DNA of 24,000 bases from Candidatus Hodarchaeota archaeon (GCA_016839785.1 JAEOTQ010000106.1:5535-29534); one strand, 5' to 3'; positions 8,476-16,363 are shown, numbered from the stretch's first letter. The notes: a model not told the origin generated them from the letters alone. Program-made: numbers and translations.

Positions 8476-9846
8476 ATGTTACCCTTGGAAATTGCTAAAC
8501 GGTTTGGAAAAGAGCTCATCCGAATGCGAATTTCGCTTGTTGTCTTACTGGCTTTACCAGCATTTATGGCATTCATGTTTTGGTTCGCCTTTAATAGCGC
8601 AGGTCTTGGTTCAACAGAAACATATATCCTAGGAGTTGTAAATGAAGATGAGGGGGTTGCTGATGAATTAGCTGCATATTTTCAAGTAGTCAACAGTGTC
8701 TATGATACAGGTATCTCCAATACAACATTGACACATGGATTTGCACATGATTTCATCCAATCTTTAAAGTCAATTAATTATACAAATGAGCAGAATACGG
8801 CTGATAACATCCCAATTTTTACTATAGAAGAGTATGATACATCAGAAATAGCATTAAATAACTCTAATCCTAATGAAGATGTTGAATCTAGAGACATTGA
8901 CGCATTACTTTATTTTCCTAGAAATTATTCCAATACAACCCTTTCAGCAGTCAATAATGCGAATTTCATCCAATCAGGGCTCTATCTCGACGAAAATCCT
9001 TTTTGGGTTGGTCCCCCAATTCCAAAATCGGATAATAGTGAACTCAAAATTGTCGGAGACGAAGGTTATACTCGGTATTTAATTGTTAAAGTGATCCTGA
9101 GTAAAATCTTAACTGCATTTATGGAGAATATTCATAATTTCCAATATTCTGGCGGTAATGTTGATTATGAAATTAATTCGGTCGCACTTAAAGAATACAG
9201 CATATTTGATACAATAATGCCCGGAATCCTTGTATTTGGAATCCTTACACAGTCAGGAATGTTAGCTGCGTTTCTTGTAAGCGAGTTCGCAGAAACACAA
9301 ACCATGACTCGTGTCAGATTATCTCTCATAAAACCTTGGGAATATATTATGGGAGTTTCAATCTATCAGTTTATTGTCTCATTTTTCCAAATGGGAATTC
9401 TTTTCGTTCTGCCCATTTTATTATTAGGTTTTCGTCCTGCAGGAAGTTTAATTGAAGGATTTCTAGTACTCTTAGTAACTACCGTATTTACGACTGGTTT
9501 AGGTTTTGTATTAGCAGGGATATTCACTTCTTCTGATACTGCAGGTCAATCTTCTGGTTTTCTAATGACCCCTATTGCTTTCATGTCTGGGGCATTTATG
9601 GAGGTTCCTACAATTACTCTATTTCCCAGCGTTATCCCTACAGCTTCAGGAATTCCTCGTGATTTCATTTTATGGGATATAATACCAACAACCCATACTG
9701 TAAATGCTCTTCGGTCAATTTTATTATATGAATTTTCAGTAACTGATGTTTGGGGTGAACTCATGCTATTAATAATTCCCTCTATACTTCTTCTAGTATT
9801 TGGGATGATTTTCTATAGTAAACGACGATTTGCAGGAGATATCTAG
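8476..9846 (+). CDS. ABC-2 type transporter permease with large extracytoplasmic domain (permease A)
   Basis: TM1 is ISLVVLLALPAFMAFMFWFAF. A ~200-aa hydrophilic, sequon-bearing segment follows (aa ~41-245, nt ~8596-9210). After it come five hydrophobic helices and the conserved ABC-2 region TRVRLSLIKPWEYIMGVSIYQFIVSFFQ. The protein is paralogous to the next ORF. Confidence 0.8.
   Translation: MLPLEIAKRFGKELIRMRISLVVLLALPAFMAFMFWFAFNSAGLGSTETYILGVVNEDEGVADELAAYFQVVNSVYDTGISNTTLTHGFAHDFIQSLKSINYTNEQNTADNIPIFTIEEYDTSEIALNNSNPNEDVESRDIDALLYFPRNYSNTTLSAVNNANFIQSGLYLDENPFWVGPPIPKSDNSELKIVGDEGYTRYLIVKVILSKILTAFMENIHNFQYSGGNVDYEINSVALKEYSIFDTIMPGILVFGILTQSGMLAAFLVSEFAETQTMTRVRLSLIKPWEYIMGVSIYQFIVSFFQMGILFVLPILLLGFRPAGSLIEGFLVLLVTTVFTTGLGFVLAGIFTSSDTAGQSSGFLMTPIAFMSGAFMEVPTITLFPSVIPTASGIPRDFILWDIIPTTHTVNALRSILLYEFSVTDVWGELMLLIIPSILLLVFGMIFYSKRRFAGDI
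9834..9838 (+). promoter_or_regulatory. Shine-Dalgarno-like AGGAG plus stop/start abutment (TAG-ATG) coupling the two permease genes
   Basis: AGGAG lies 8 nt upstream of ATG 9847. The stop TAG at 9844-9846 is immediately followed by the ATG. Confidence 0.5.
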
Positions 9847-11163
9847 ATGAACTTGACCATTAGAATTTTCATTCGGTCATTCAAACAGGTCATTCGATCT
9901 CCAGCACGGCTTTCCCTCATCATAGGCTTCCCAATCTTTTTTATTATGATTTTTGCATTTATTTTTGGAGGAGGCGTTGATGAAACAACGGTATCTCTAG
10001 GATTCCTTAACCTTGATGATTCAGGACTGCTGGAATCTGATTGGGAAGAGGATTTTACTAACTTCACAGACGCGTGGGGAGATAATGATTCAATAAATCC
10101 ATTTACAGTAGGATTTGGAGAATACTTTGTTAGGAGTCTAGAAGGTCAAGCGAATTTAGACATATCTAATAGCACGTTTCGAATAGTGGAGTTCAATTCT
10201 ATAGATGAAATGCTTGTTTCTGTGCAAAGTAGGGCTGTTTCAATCGGGATTGTAATACCCAGTGATTTTTCACTCGCAGTTTTATCTGGACTTAATTCAC
10301 GTGAAACTATTCTTACTGGACAACCAATTGTGGATAATTCTTTGATCTTAAGACAAAACCTAACCATCAATATTCTTGGTGATCCAAGCTTTTTAGCGTT
10401 TCAAACTGGCCTTACAGAAGTTGAAAATGCGCTAGATAGTTTTCAATCTCAAGTCTATGGAATACAGGTTCCAGCAGGTAACTTTCAATCGGTTTTTGAA
10501 AATGTTGTAAGCTATGAATTAACCCAGTTCGACTATTTCATCTCTGGATTCTTTACGTTTGGGCTAATCCTAACTTCAAGCGGTATTGCTGGTATCATTG
10601 GTGAAGAACGGGACTATCGGACACTGGAAAGACTCAAATTAAGCCAGGTAAAACCTGCTGAATATCTCCTTGGTATCTCTCTTAATCAAATAGTCCTTGC
10701 TATTATTCAGGTTGTCATAATGTTTGGTGCAGCCTATCTTTTTGGGTTTAGAGGTCAAGGAAATCCAATTTTTGCAGCATTAATAGCAATTATTACTCTT
10801 CTTCCAGTTTTAGGATTGGCTGTATTTGTAAGTGCATTTGTACCTAATGGCCGTGATGCTAATGGAGTGATTGCAATGCTCAGTGCCCCTATAGGATTTG
10901 TATCAGGTGCATTCCTTCCTGTTCCAGAAATTCCACTAATTCAAAATCTCGTCCCTGATGGATCGGGTTCACTTCGAGCATTGCAATTATGGGATTTCTT
11001 CCCGTTTCATGCATCTACAAAAGCCATAAGGAATATCTTACTATTTGATCACTCCTTTGCCCAAATTCTGCCAGATTTATTCTTTTTGATTATTGGTGGT
11101 CTACTGTTCTTCGGTTTTGGTATGTTCTTCTTTGTTAAAAGGATATTCACCCCAGAAAATTAG
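9847..11163 (+). CDS. ABC-2 type transporter permease with large extracytoplasmic domain (permease B, paralog of permease A)
   Basis: The topology matches permease A: TM1 is LSLIIGFPIFFIMIFAFIF, the external segment spans aa ~42-228 (nt ~9970-10530), and five helices follow. Stretches alignable with permease A include LERLKLSQVKPAEYLLGISLNQIVLAIIQ vs TRVRLSLIKPWEYIMGVSIYQFIVSFFQ. A second example is VSGAFLPVPEIPLIQNLVPDGSGSLRALQLWDFFPFHASTKAIRNILLF vs MSGAFMEVPTITLFPSVIPTASGIPRDFILWDIIPTTHTVNALRSILLY. Confidence 0.8.
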   Translation: MNLTIRIFIRSFKQVIRSPARLSLIIGFPIFFIMIFAFIFGGGVDETTVSLGFLNLDDSGLLESDWEEDFTNFTDAWGDNDSINPFTVGFGEYFVRSLEGQANLDISNSTFRIVEFNSIDEMLVSVQSRAVSIGIVIPSDFSLAVLSGLNSRETILTGQPIVDNSLILRQNLTINILGDPSFLAFQTGLTEVENALDSFQSQVYGIQVPAGNFQSVFENVVSYELTQFDYFISGFFTFGLILTSSGIAGIIGEERDYRTLERLKLSQVKPAEYLLGISLNQIVLAIIQVVIMFGAAYLFGFRGQGNPIFAALIAIITLLPVLGLAVFVSAFVPNGRDANGVIAMLSAPIGFVSGAFLPVPEIPLIQNLVPDGSGSLRALQLWDFFPFHASTKAIRNILLFDHSFAQILPDLFFLIIGGLLFFGFGMFFFVKRIFTPEN

Positions 11164-11269
11164 GAAGATCATGAAACACTTAAAGGAATATTACTACTTA
11201 AATCCACTGAGGCTAAGAAAGCACTTGATGAAACAAAAACAGATGATAATTTGACAATAGGTTTTCATA

Positions 11270-12184
11270 ATGCGCCTAAGACCACCAGAAGAAACCCTAC
11301 ACTCCTGGTCCTTTCCCCATCGAATGTTTTATCAACTAATTAAACTAGTTCTCCCCAGATTTATCCGCCTCTATTTTCAGTTTGAAGTAAAAAATGTTGA
11401 ATTCCTAGAGAAGTTACCTGAAGGAGTACCAGTGATATATTGCTTTAATCATCGATCGCATTTGGATACCTTCCTTTTTGCTAGTGCGTTGGTGTATCCT
11501 TTTGGAAATAGGACCGCATGCGGATTAATGACAAATGGCAATGTAATGGAAGAAAATAAATTTTTCTATCTACTCAAGCACTTGGGAGCGTATCCTGTTT
11601 ATCCCCAGAACTCCACACCAGCTCTGGATCATACGATAAAACTCCTTGACGATAATTTAGCCGTTCTGATTGCTCCTCAGGGTAAACGAATTCCAACTAC
11701 ACCTTTAGATGATTATCACAATTTAGTCGAACAGGGAAAATCAGGAGTAGGAAGACTGGTATTAAGAAGTAAGGGTAAAATTCCAGTAGTACCTATGTAT
11801 ATTCATGGCTCTTATGAAGCACTTGCTTTTGGAAAAATGATTCCAAAAATTAAATCTTATATTTCAGTGTCAATCTGCAAACCAATTATTTTTGCTGAAG
11901 AGAGACGAGAAGATGAATGGACTGAATCTGACCTAGTATTTCATTCTAGAGCGAGGGCGATAAGCAAGGTAATTATGGCATCGATTCGAAAACAAATGCA
12001 ATTTGAGGAACAGTACTTCTTCCAAATCCTATCCCGAAAGGTACAGCTCCCCCTAGATAGAGTACATATTTCTTATCAAACTCACCCCATTGCTTATCGA
12101 TTTTTCCGAAACCTATTGCGATATTCTCCTGACCAGTTGAAAAAATGGCTCGAATGCAACCCTCAGATCAGTGAACACACATAA
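11270..12184 (+). CDS. Lysophospholipid/1-acylglycerol-3-phosphate acyltransferase family protein (PlsC/AGPAT-type, HX4D)
   Basis: The four LPLAT blocks occur in order. Block I is NHRSHLD (HX4D, nt 11450-11467). Block II-like is HLGAYPVYP. Block III is APQGKR, in the position of FPEGTR. Block IV is KIPVVPMYIHG. A ~100-aa C-terminal extension has no motif I recognise. Confidence 0.8.
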   Translation: MRLRPPEETLHSWSFPHRMFYQLIKLVLPRFIRLYFQFEVKNVEFLEKLPEGVPVIYCFNHRSHLDTFLFASALVYPFGNRTACGLMTNGNVMEENKFFYLLKHLGAYPVYPQNSTPALDHTIKLLDDNLAVLIAPQGKRIPTTPLDDYHNLVEQGKSGVGRLVLRSKGKIPVVPMYIHGSYEALAFGKMIPKIKSYISVSICKPIIFAEERREDEWTESDLVFHSRARAISKVIMASIRKQMQFEEQYFFQILSRKVQLPLDRVHISYQTHPIAYRFFRNLLRYSPDQLKKWLECNPQISEHT

Positions 12185-12301
12185 ATTACCTGTTTTGGTA
12201 CGAAAAATATCACTCATACTATAGGCAATGATATCAAAATAAATTTCCCCAAATGACTCAAGTGAATACTATGGTAAACGATTTCTTAGAACCTTAGGGG
12301 A

Positions 12302-15300
12302 TCATTGGTTATCTTTCTGACTCTTTTTAATACCAAGGGCTTCACGTACATATTCCTCAACTCTTTTATGTTGATCTTGAGGGGAAAGTTGAGTATCAAG
12401 CTTAAGAATTGAAGTGATGTTAGTTCGAAGTCTTTCAAACTTAACTGATTCTTTCATTGCGATATCATAATAAAGCTTCATATTTTCTTGCTGTGCAATT
12501 CTTAGACATTTATTAATCCAATGTTCCACTTGATTAAACTGAAATGATGCAAGGTCTATTCTTGCTCTCAACAGGTACACTTGACAGAGTTCAGAGTAGT
12601 ATTGATTGTTCTCACAGTCATCTTGCCATTTATTTAGCATGGTGAGCATTTTCTTCTTAGCTACCGGTGAAGGATTACTCAACCAGGTTTTAAATTCGGA
12701 TGCCACAAGAGCACCTTGACAGATGACTTGAAATTCCACATCTAAATTCTCATTATCTAGGGCTGTGATCCATTCTTTTTCTGCTGATCCCCAATTTTTC
12801 TCCGTTTCAGCAAGTAAGGCTTGGATCATGTGATGGAATGCAACAACAGCGGGATGCTTATACGGTGGGGTGGGAAAACGTTGAAGGATGTGGCTTTCAG
12901 GGGTCAGAATTTGTGTTTCTTTCTGCAGAAGAACTATTCTGAGAGATGTTTCAGCGACCATTCTATCGTTTTCTAATAGCTCAAAAACATCCAGAGCGGA
13001 TTCATACTGCTGGATGGATTTTAAAAATTCACATTGAAGGTAAAGGGCATTAGCTTTTGCTAGTAATGTCTTGGCATCTGTTTCAGTTTGCACTAATGCG
13101 ACATAATCAGTAAATCCTAGTTTTTGAATTTTTAACGCAGTAGGATAATCAGGAGCTTTTAATTTCGTAATCCAATTTCTTTTTTCAGTTTCTCGTCTGA
13201 TTCTGACAATAAAGGCTGCTAAGGCAATGTTGGTAATAATAATTAATAATCCTACATGAAATATACTGAAACTGATAAGCGGAAAACTCCAAAATTCACG
13301 GGGATTAGTCCCCCCTCTATATTCGTCTACATTATGAACCCAATCCCCATCTAAATCGAGTTTCGCGTCACTTGGATCTTGTGCATTAAGCCCCATTCTA
13401 AATTCCCAAACATCAGGCATACCATCAATGTCTCGATCATAAAAAGCGTAGATTTTGTCAATGTATTGAAATTCAGGACCAAAATTCATTGGATTTAGAG
13501 AACCACTCTCATTATAGTTTTGTATCCAATCACGGAAAGCCACTAATTTCAACTTTTGATTGAGATAAATATACAGAGAATCATTAGCTGCTATTTCCTC
13601 AATATTTTGGTACATCTCTCGACGAACGTCAATATCCTGTTCAATCGCTGCATCTTCTATCAGAGTGTTCAAAGATGGATTTTCATATGAGAGCATTGTC
13701 GCAAAAACACCATATTGTCCATGTAAATACGGAGCAATAAAATTGTCTGGATCTGCATAATCTGCAGCCCATCCACAATAATTAAGAGGGATTTTTTGAT
13801 GCCAAGAGACCTCATCATACTGATCCTGTTCCATGGGTTGTAGAATTGCCCTTATCCCCACATCACACATCACCAGGGAGTTAGCTAGGGATAAGTAGAT
13901 GTACGAAAGTATTTCGTTATTAACAGGATACACTAATTTAATAGTTCCTTGCCAACCAACTTGCTCAAATAGTATTCTAGCTGTTTCTAAATCGTAGGAG
14001 GGAAGAAGACCCTTTTCTGTTAGATTTTCATTATGACCAAGAATTCCCTCAGGAATGATTCCTTCCATCTGTTTCCCAATTCCATTGAGAATATTATCGA
14101 TATAAAACGAGTAATCAAAAGCACTAGCCATGGCTTTACGGAATATAACCGAAGTAAATGGATTGTTTTGACTTGCTTTTACTTCACCTTTGGCAAATCG
14201 TGATAGGAGACTCGCGTTGTAAATAGAATTTTCTGATTCATTCAGATAGATTTGGGATAGGGATTCTTTCATATTCATCCCTAGAAAGAATGTGGTAGAT
14301 GTTGGGGCGGTAAAAGTAGTTATTCCTTCATAAAGCGACTCACCTGCAGGAGTGATGATTTTATACGCATCTGGTTTTTCTACATAAACCATATCAGAAT
14401 CACCATTGATTAAATTTTGAATGCGGGTGTCATCATCTATTTCCGATCTAATTTCGATCTCCTCGACAGAATGTAAACTAAATGATCCCCACCAATTGTC
14501 ATTTTTCTGAAGAAGAATAGAATTTTCAGTTAGCGACTGTAATTTATATGCTCCAGTGCCAATTGCGTGGTTTTTCATCCATGAATGATAAGAATCACTA
14601 AAGCGATGCGATCCAGGGACTACACCAGATATTTTTGGATTATGATCACTCGTCAATCCCAATTTGGTATAATCCGAGAGGGTGGAAAACCATTTATCCA
14701 GAGGAACCATACCATACACTTTATCCCCAATAAACAATGTGTATTCCGTTGGTCGATTATCTATAACAGCTTTTGGGGAAACAGCACTTCCTACATCGAA
14801 CGCGAGAGAATTAATAAATGGTGAATATGCAGACTCAAGGTTGATTTCTAAAGTATAATCATCTACAACCACAACTCCTCCTGCATCAAGATAAGCTTGT
14901 GCTTCTGTATAATTGGGATTAAAATATTGCATATAGGTTGATCCACCCTTGATAACTTGAGCTATCATCCAAGAGGGCCCCCATGGATCGTTCATGAGTA
15001 TAGATCTATCAATAGAATATTTCATTACGTAGGCGTTAAAAACGACACCATCGTGGAATACAACGTTCTTACGAAGGTTAAAGGTATATACTCGTCCATT
15101 TGGTGAGACAGTCCATCCCGTGGCTAGTCTACCTTCAAGTTCATCGACTGAATTCCCTTTATATCCAACTAAGGATTCATATATCAATTCAATAATAGTA
15201 CTCCCAGTGGTCTCATAATTGATCCCTGGATCTAAGGATTTAATGGCATTTGGTATACTCAGTGTTTCCCAGATAAATTTATCGGGATTCTTTAGTTCCC

Positions 15301-15412
15301 CATTTGCCCTAGAAGCGTGTATTACTGCTGTGGAAGGTTGTATGGCAATTAAAATACTCAGAATCAAAATTGGGAGAATAAATCTAAGATATAGGCCATT
15401 CCTAGCAGTCAT
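12302..15412 (-). CDS. Fusion protein: signal peptide + family-5 (Opp/Dpp/Nik-type) solute-binding domain + acidic Ca-binding-like (TSP3-like) motif + single TM helix + ~300-aa cytoplasmic TPR-like helical domain
   Basis: The ORF track gives 12302..15421 (GTG). I prefer the ATG at 15412 because that GTG sits inside a GAGGTGA Shine-Dalgarno-like element 6-8 nt upstream of it. The signal-like N-terminus is RNGLYLRFILPILILSILIAIQPSTAVIHA. The family-5 SBP hallmark is LATGWTVSPNGRVYTFNLRKNVVFHDG. See the sub-features for the C-terminal parts. The frame is uninterrupted throughout. Confidence 0.8.
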   Translation of the reverse strand: MTARNGLYLRFILPILILSILIAIQPSTAVIHASRANGELKNPDKFIWETLSIPNAIKSLDPGINYETTGSTIIELIYESLVGYKGNSVDELEGRLATGWTVSPNGRVYTFNLRKNVVFHDGVVFNAYVMKYSIDRSILMNDPWGPSWMIAQVIKGGSTYMQYFNPNYTEAQAYLDAGGVVVVDDYTLEINLESAYSPFINSLAFDVGSAVSPKAVIDNRPTEYTLFIGDKVYGMVPLDKWFSTLSDYTKLGLTSDHNPKISGVVPGSHRFSDSYHSWMKNHAIGTGAYKLQSLTENSILLQKNDNWWGSFSLHSVEEIEIRSEIDDDTRIQNLINGDSDMVYVEKPDAYKIITPAGESLYEGITTFTAPTSTTFFLGMNMKESLSQIYLNESENSIYNASLLSRFAKGEVKASQNNPFTSVIFRKAMASAFDYSFYIDNILNGIGKQMEGIIPEGILGHNENLTEKGLLPSYDLETARILFEQVGWQGTIKLVYPVNNEILSYIYLSLANSLVMCDVGIRAILQPMEQDQYDEVSWHQKIPLNYCGWAADYADPDNFIAPYLHGQYGVFATMLSYENPSLNTLIEDAAIEQDIDVRREMYQNIEEIAANDSLYIYLNQKLKLVAFRDWIQNYNESGSLNPMNFGPEFQYIDKIYAFYDRDIDGMPDVWEFRMGLNAQDPSDAKLDLDGDWVHNVDEYRGGTNPREFWSFPLISFSIFHVGLLIIITNIALAAFIVRIRRETEKRNWITKLKAPDYPTALKIQKLGFTDYVALVQTETDAKTLLAKANALYLQCEFLKSIQQYESALDVFELLENDRMVAETSLRIVLLQKETQILTPESHILQRFPTPPYKHPAVVAFHHMIQALLAETEKNWGSAEKEWITALDNENLDVEFQVICQGALVASEFKTWLSNPSPVAKKKMLTMLNKWQDDCENNQYYSELCQVYLLRARIDLASFQFNQVEHWINKCLRIAQQENMKLYYDIAMKESVKFERLRTNITSILKLDTQLSPQDQHKRVEEYVREALGIKKSQKDNQ
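12305..13204 (-). other. Cytoplasmic ~300-aa helical, TPR-like domain of unknown function
   Basis: Residues 740-1039 have a K/E/Q/L-rich composition with a single isolated sequon, in contrast to the ectodomain. Helical-hairpin-like stretches include AKTLLAKANALYLQCEFLKSIQQYESALDVFELL, HPAVVAFHHMIQALLAETEKNWGSAEKEWITAL and YYSELCQVYLLRARIDLASFQFNQVEHWINKCLRIAQQ. I see no kinase, HAMP, MCP, GGDEF or DNA-binding motif. Confidence 0.5.
13205..13291 (-). other. Single predicted transmembrane helix separating ectodomain from cytoplasmic domain
   Basis: Residues 711-739 read WSFPLISFSIFHVGLLIIITNIALAAFIV. They are followed by RIRRETEKR, a positive-inside signature. Confidence 0.7.
13301..13438 (-). 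other. Juxtamembrane acidic D-x-D-G repeat pair resembling bacterial/archaeal thrombospondin-type-3 (TSP3)/dockerin-like Ca-binding motifs
   Basis: Residues 662-707 read RDIDGMPDVWEFRMGLNAQDPSDAKLDLDGDWVHNVDEYRGGTNP. This matches the recurrent pattern D-x-D-G-(D-G)-hPDxWE...GLNP.DP.D...D.DGD....N..EY..GTNP seen in many secreted prokaryotic proteins. I recognised the pattern from memory. Confidence 0.55.
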
Positions 15413-15417
15413 TTGGT

Positions 15418-15424
15418 TCACCTC
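15418..15424 (-). promoter_or_regulatory. Shine-Dalgarno-like GAGGTGA upstream of ATG 15412
   Basis: The reverse strand reads ...GGTTTGAGGTGAACCAAATGACT. GAGG is followed by 8 nt and then ATG. Confidence 0.5.
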
Positions 15425-15739
15425 AAACCAGTTCGACCATATGAGTCAGTTCTTATTGTAGGGTATTGTATTAAATAGTTGGTTTTTGAGGCAACTTGGG
15501 AATGGAAAGAAGGGCTGAGGGGATATTAATGCAATTTCTATCAATTTTTCGATATGACAACCCCAAAAGGATAAATTTGTGAGGGTATCCAAGAATTAAT
15601 TAATTGAGACTGTCCTTCTCTTTTCCTTTGATCATGGCAAAAATGTACGATTTTAAAAGAAGCGAAAATAAAGCATTAATTCGAAAGAAAACATCTGGTA
15701 TTCTATAAGTTTAGATTCTGATGAAGTAAACTAGAAAAA

Positions 15740-15744
15740 GAGGA
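15740..15744 (+). promoter_or_regulatory. Shine-Dalgarno-like GAGGA upstream of the flavodoxin-like gene
   Basis: The sequence reads AAAGAGGATGGAATGATG. GAGGA lies 4 nt upstream of ATG 15749 and 7 nt upstream of ATG 15752. Confidence 0.45.
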
Positions 15745-15748
15745 TGGA

Positions 15749-16310
15749 ATGATGACAAACAAAGTGTTGATTGCATATGGAACTCGATTCGGAAGTACAG
15801 AAGAAATTTCGAGTAAATTTGCAGAGATCATGAGGGACAAGGGATTAGATACAACTGTCATAGACATTAAAAAAGATAAATGGCCTTTATTGGATCAATT
15901 TGATGCGGTACTAATTGGTAGTAGCATAAAAATGGGAAGATGGACAAAAGAAGCAAAAAACTTCCTCCAAAAAAAATACCTCAGTTTTGAAGAAGAAATC
16001 ATTCTTAGCAGTATTTGTAAGCTCAGGGGAAGCTGGAGATCCAGAAAAATATCAGGAAGCGAAAACCAAGTACGTGCAGACTGTACTCACAGAAGCAGGT
16101 TTCGATTTGAATAAAGTGATGCATGAAGCGTTTGGGGGAGTATTCGATCTGACAAGTGCGTCAAGAATGGGTTGGTTAGATAAGAAATTTGCTAATATGG
16201 GAGCAAAGGAAGAGGCTAATTTAACTGAAAATGCATATAATGATCTTCGTGATTGGGATCAAATCCATGCATTTGCTACTGAGGCTACCACTAGAATTCT
16301 TAATCTTTAG
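15749..16310 (+). pseudogene. Flavodoxin-like protein (flavodoxin_5/HemG-like) interrupted by a frameshift in an A8 homopolymer (15969-15976); a pseudogene, a sequencing error, or slippage-dependent
   Basis: Two overlapping track ORFs in different frames (15749..16114 and 15987..16310) together make one flavodoxin-like protein. The N-terminal half carries the FMN phosphate loop VLIAYGTRFGST and then AVLIGSSIKMGRWTKEAKNFLQKK. The second frame continues ...KKKSFLAVFVSSGEAGD..., the expected next beta-strand. Removing one A from the A8 run gives a continuous ~186-aa reading: ...NFLQKNTSVLKKKSFLAVFVSSG.... Confidence 0.7.
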
Positions 16311-16363
16311 CAGATTATCCTAAAGTTATTGAATCAGGTTACCAGGAGAAATATCAGACAAGA

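Noticed and set aside
6957-10370. Track ORFs 6957..7148(-), 7441..7629(-), 8873..9082(+), 9546..9764(-), 9843..10067(-), 10146..10370(-)
   Set aside because: They are embedded in or antisense to the lipase, ABC ATPase and permease genes. They carry no motifs and are probably spurious.
11171-11254. 27-codon ORF MKHLKEYYYLNPLRLRKHLMKQKQMII* between permease B and the acyltransferase
   Set aside because: It is short with no supporting signal. It could be a leader peptide, but there is nothing to support that from sequence alone.
14585-15461. Track ORFs 14585..14824(+) and 15219..15461(+)
   Set aside because: Both are antisense to the SBP-fusion gene, which has strong family-5 SBP motifs. There is no independent evidence for them.
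15634-15708. 24-codon ORF MAKMYDFKRSENKALIRKKTSGIL* in the SBP/flavodoxin intergenic region
   Set aside because: It is too short, has no SD-like element and no conservation evidence is available. Chance ORFs of this size are expected.
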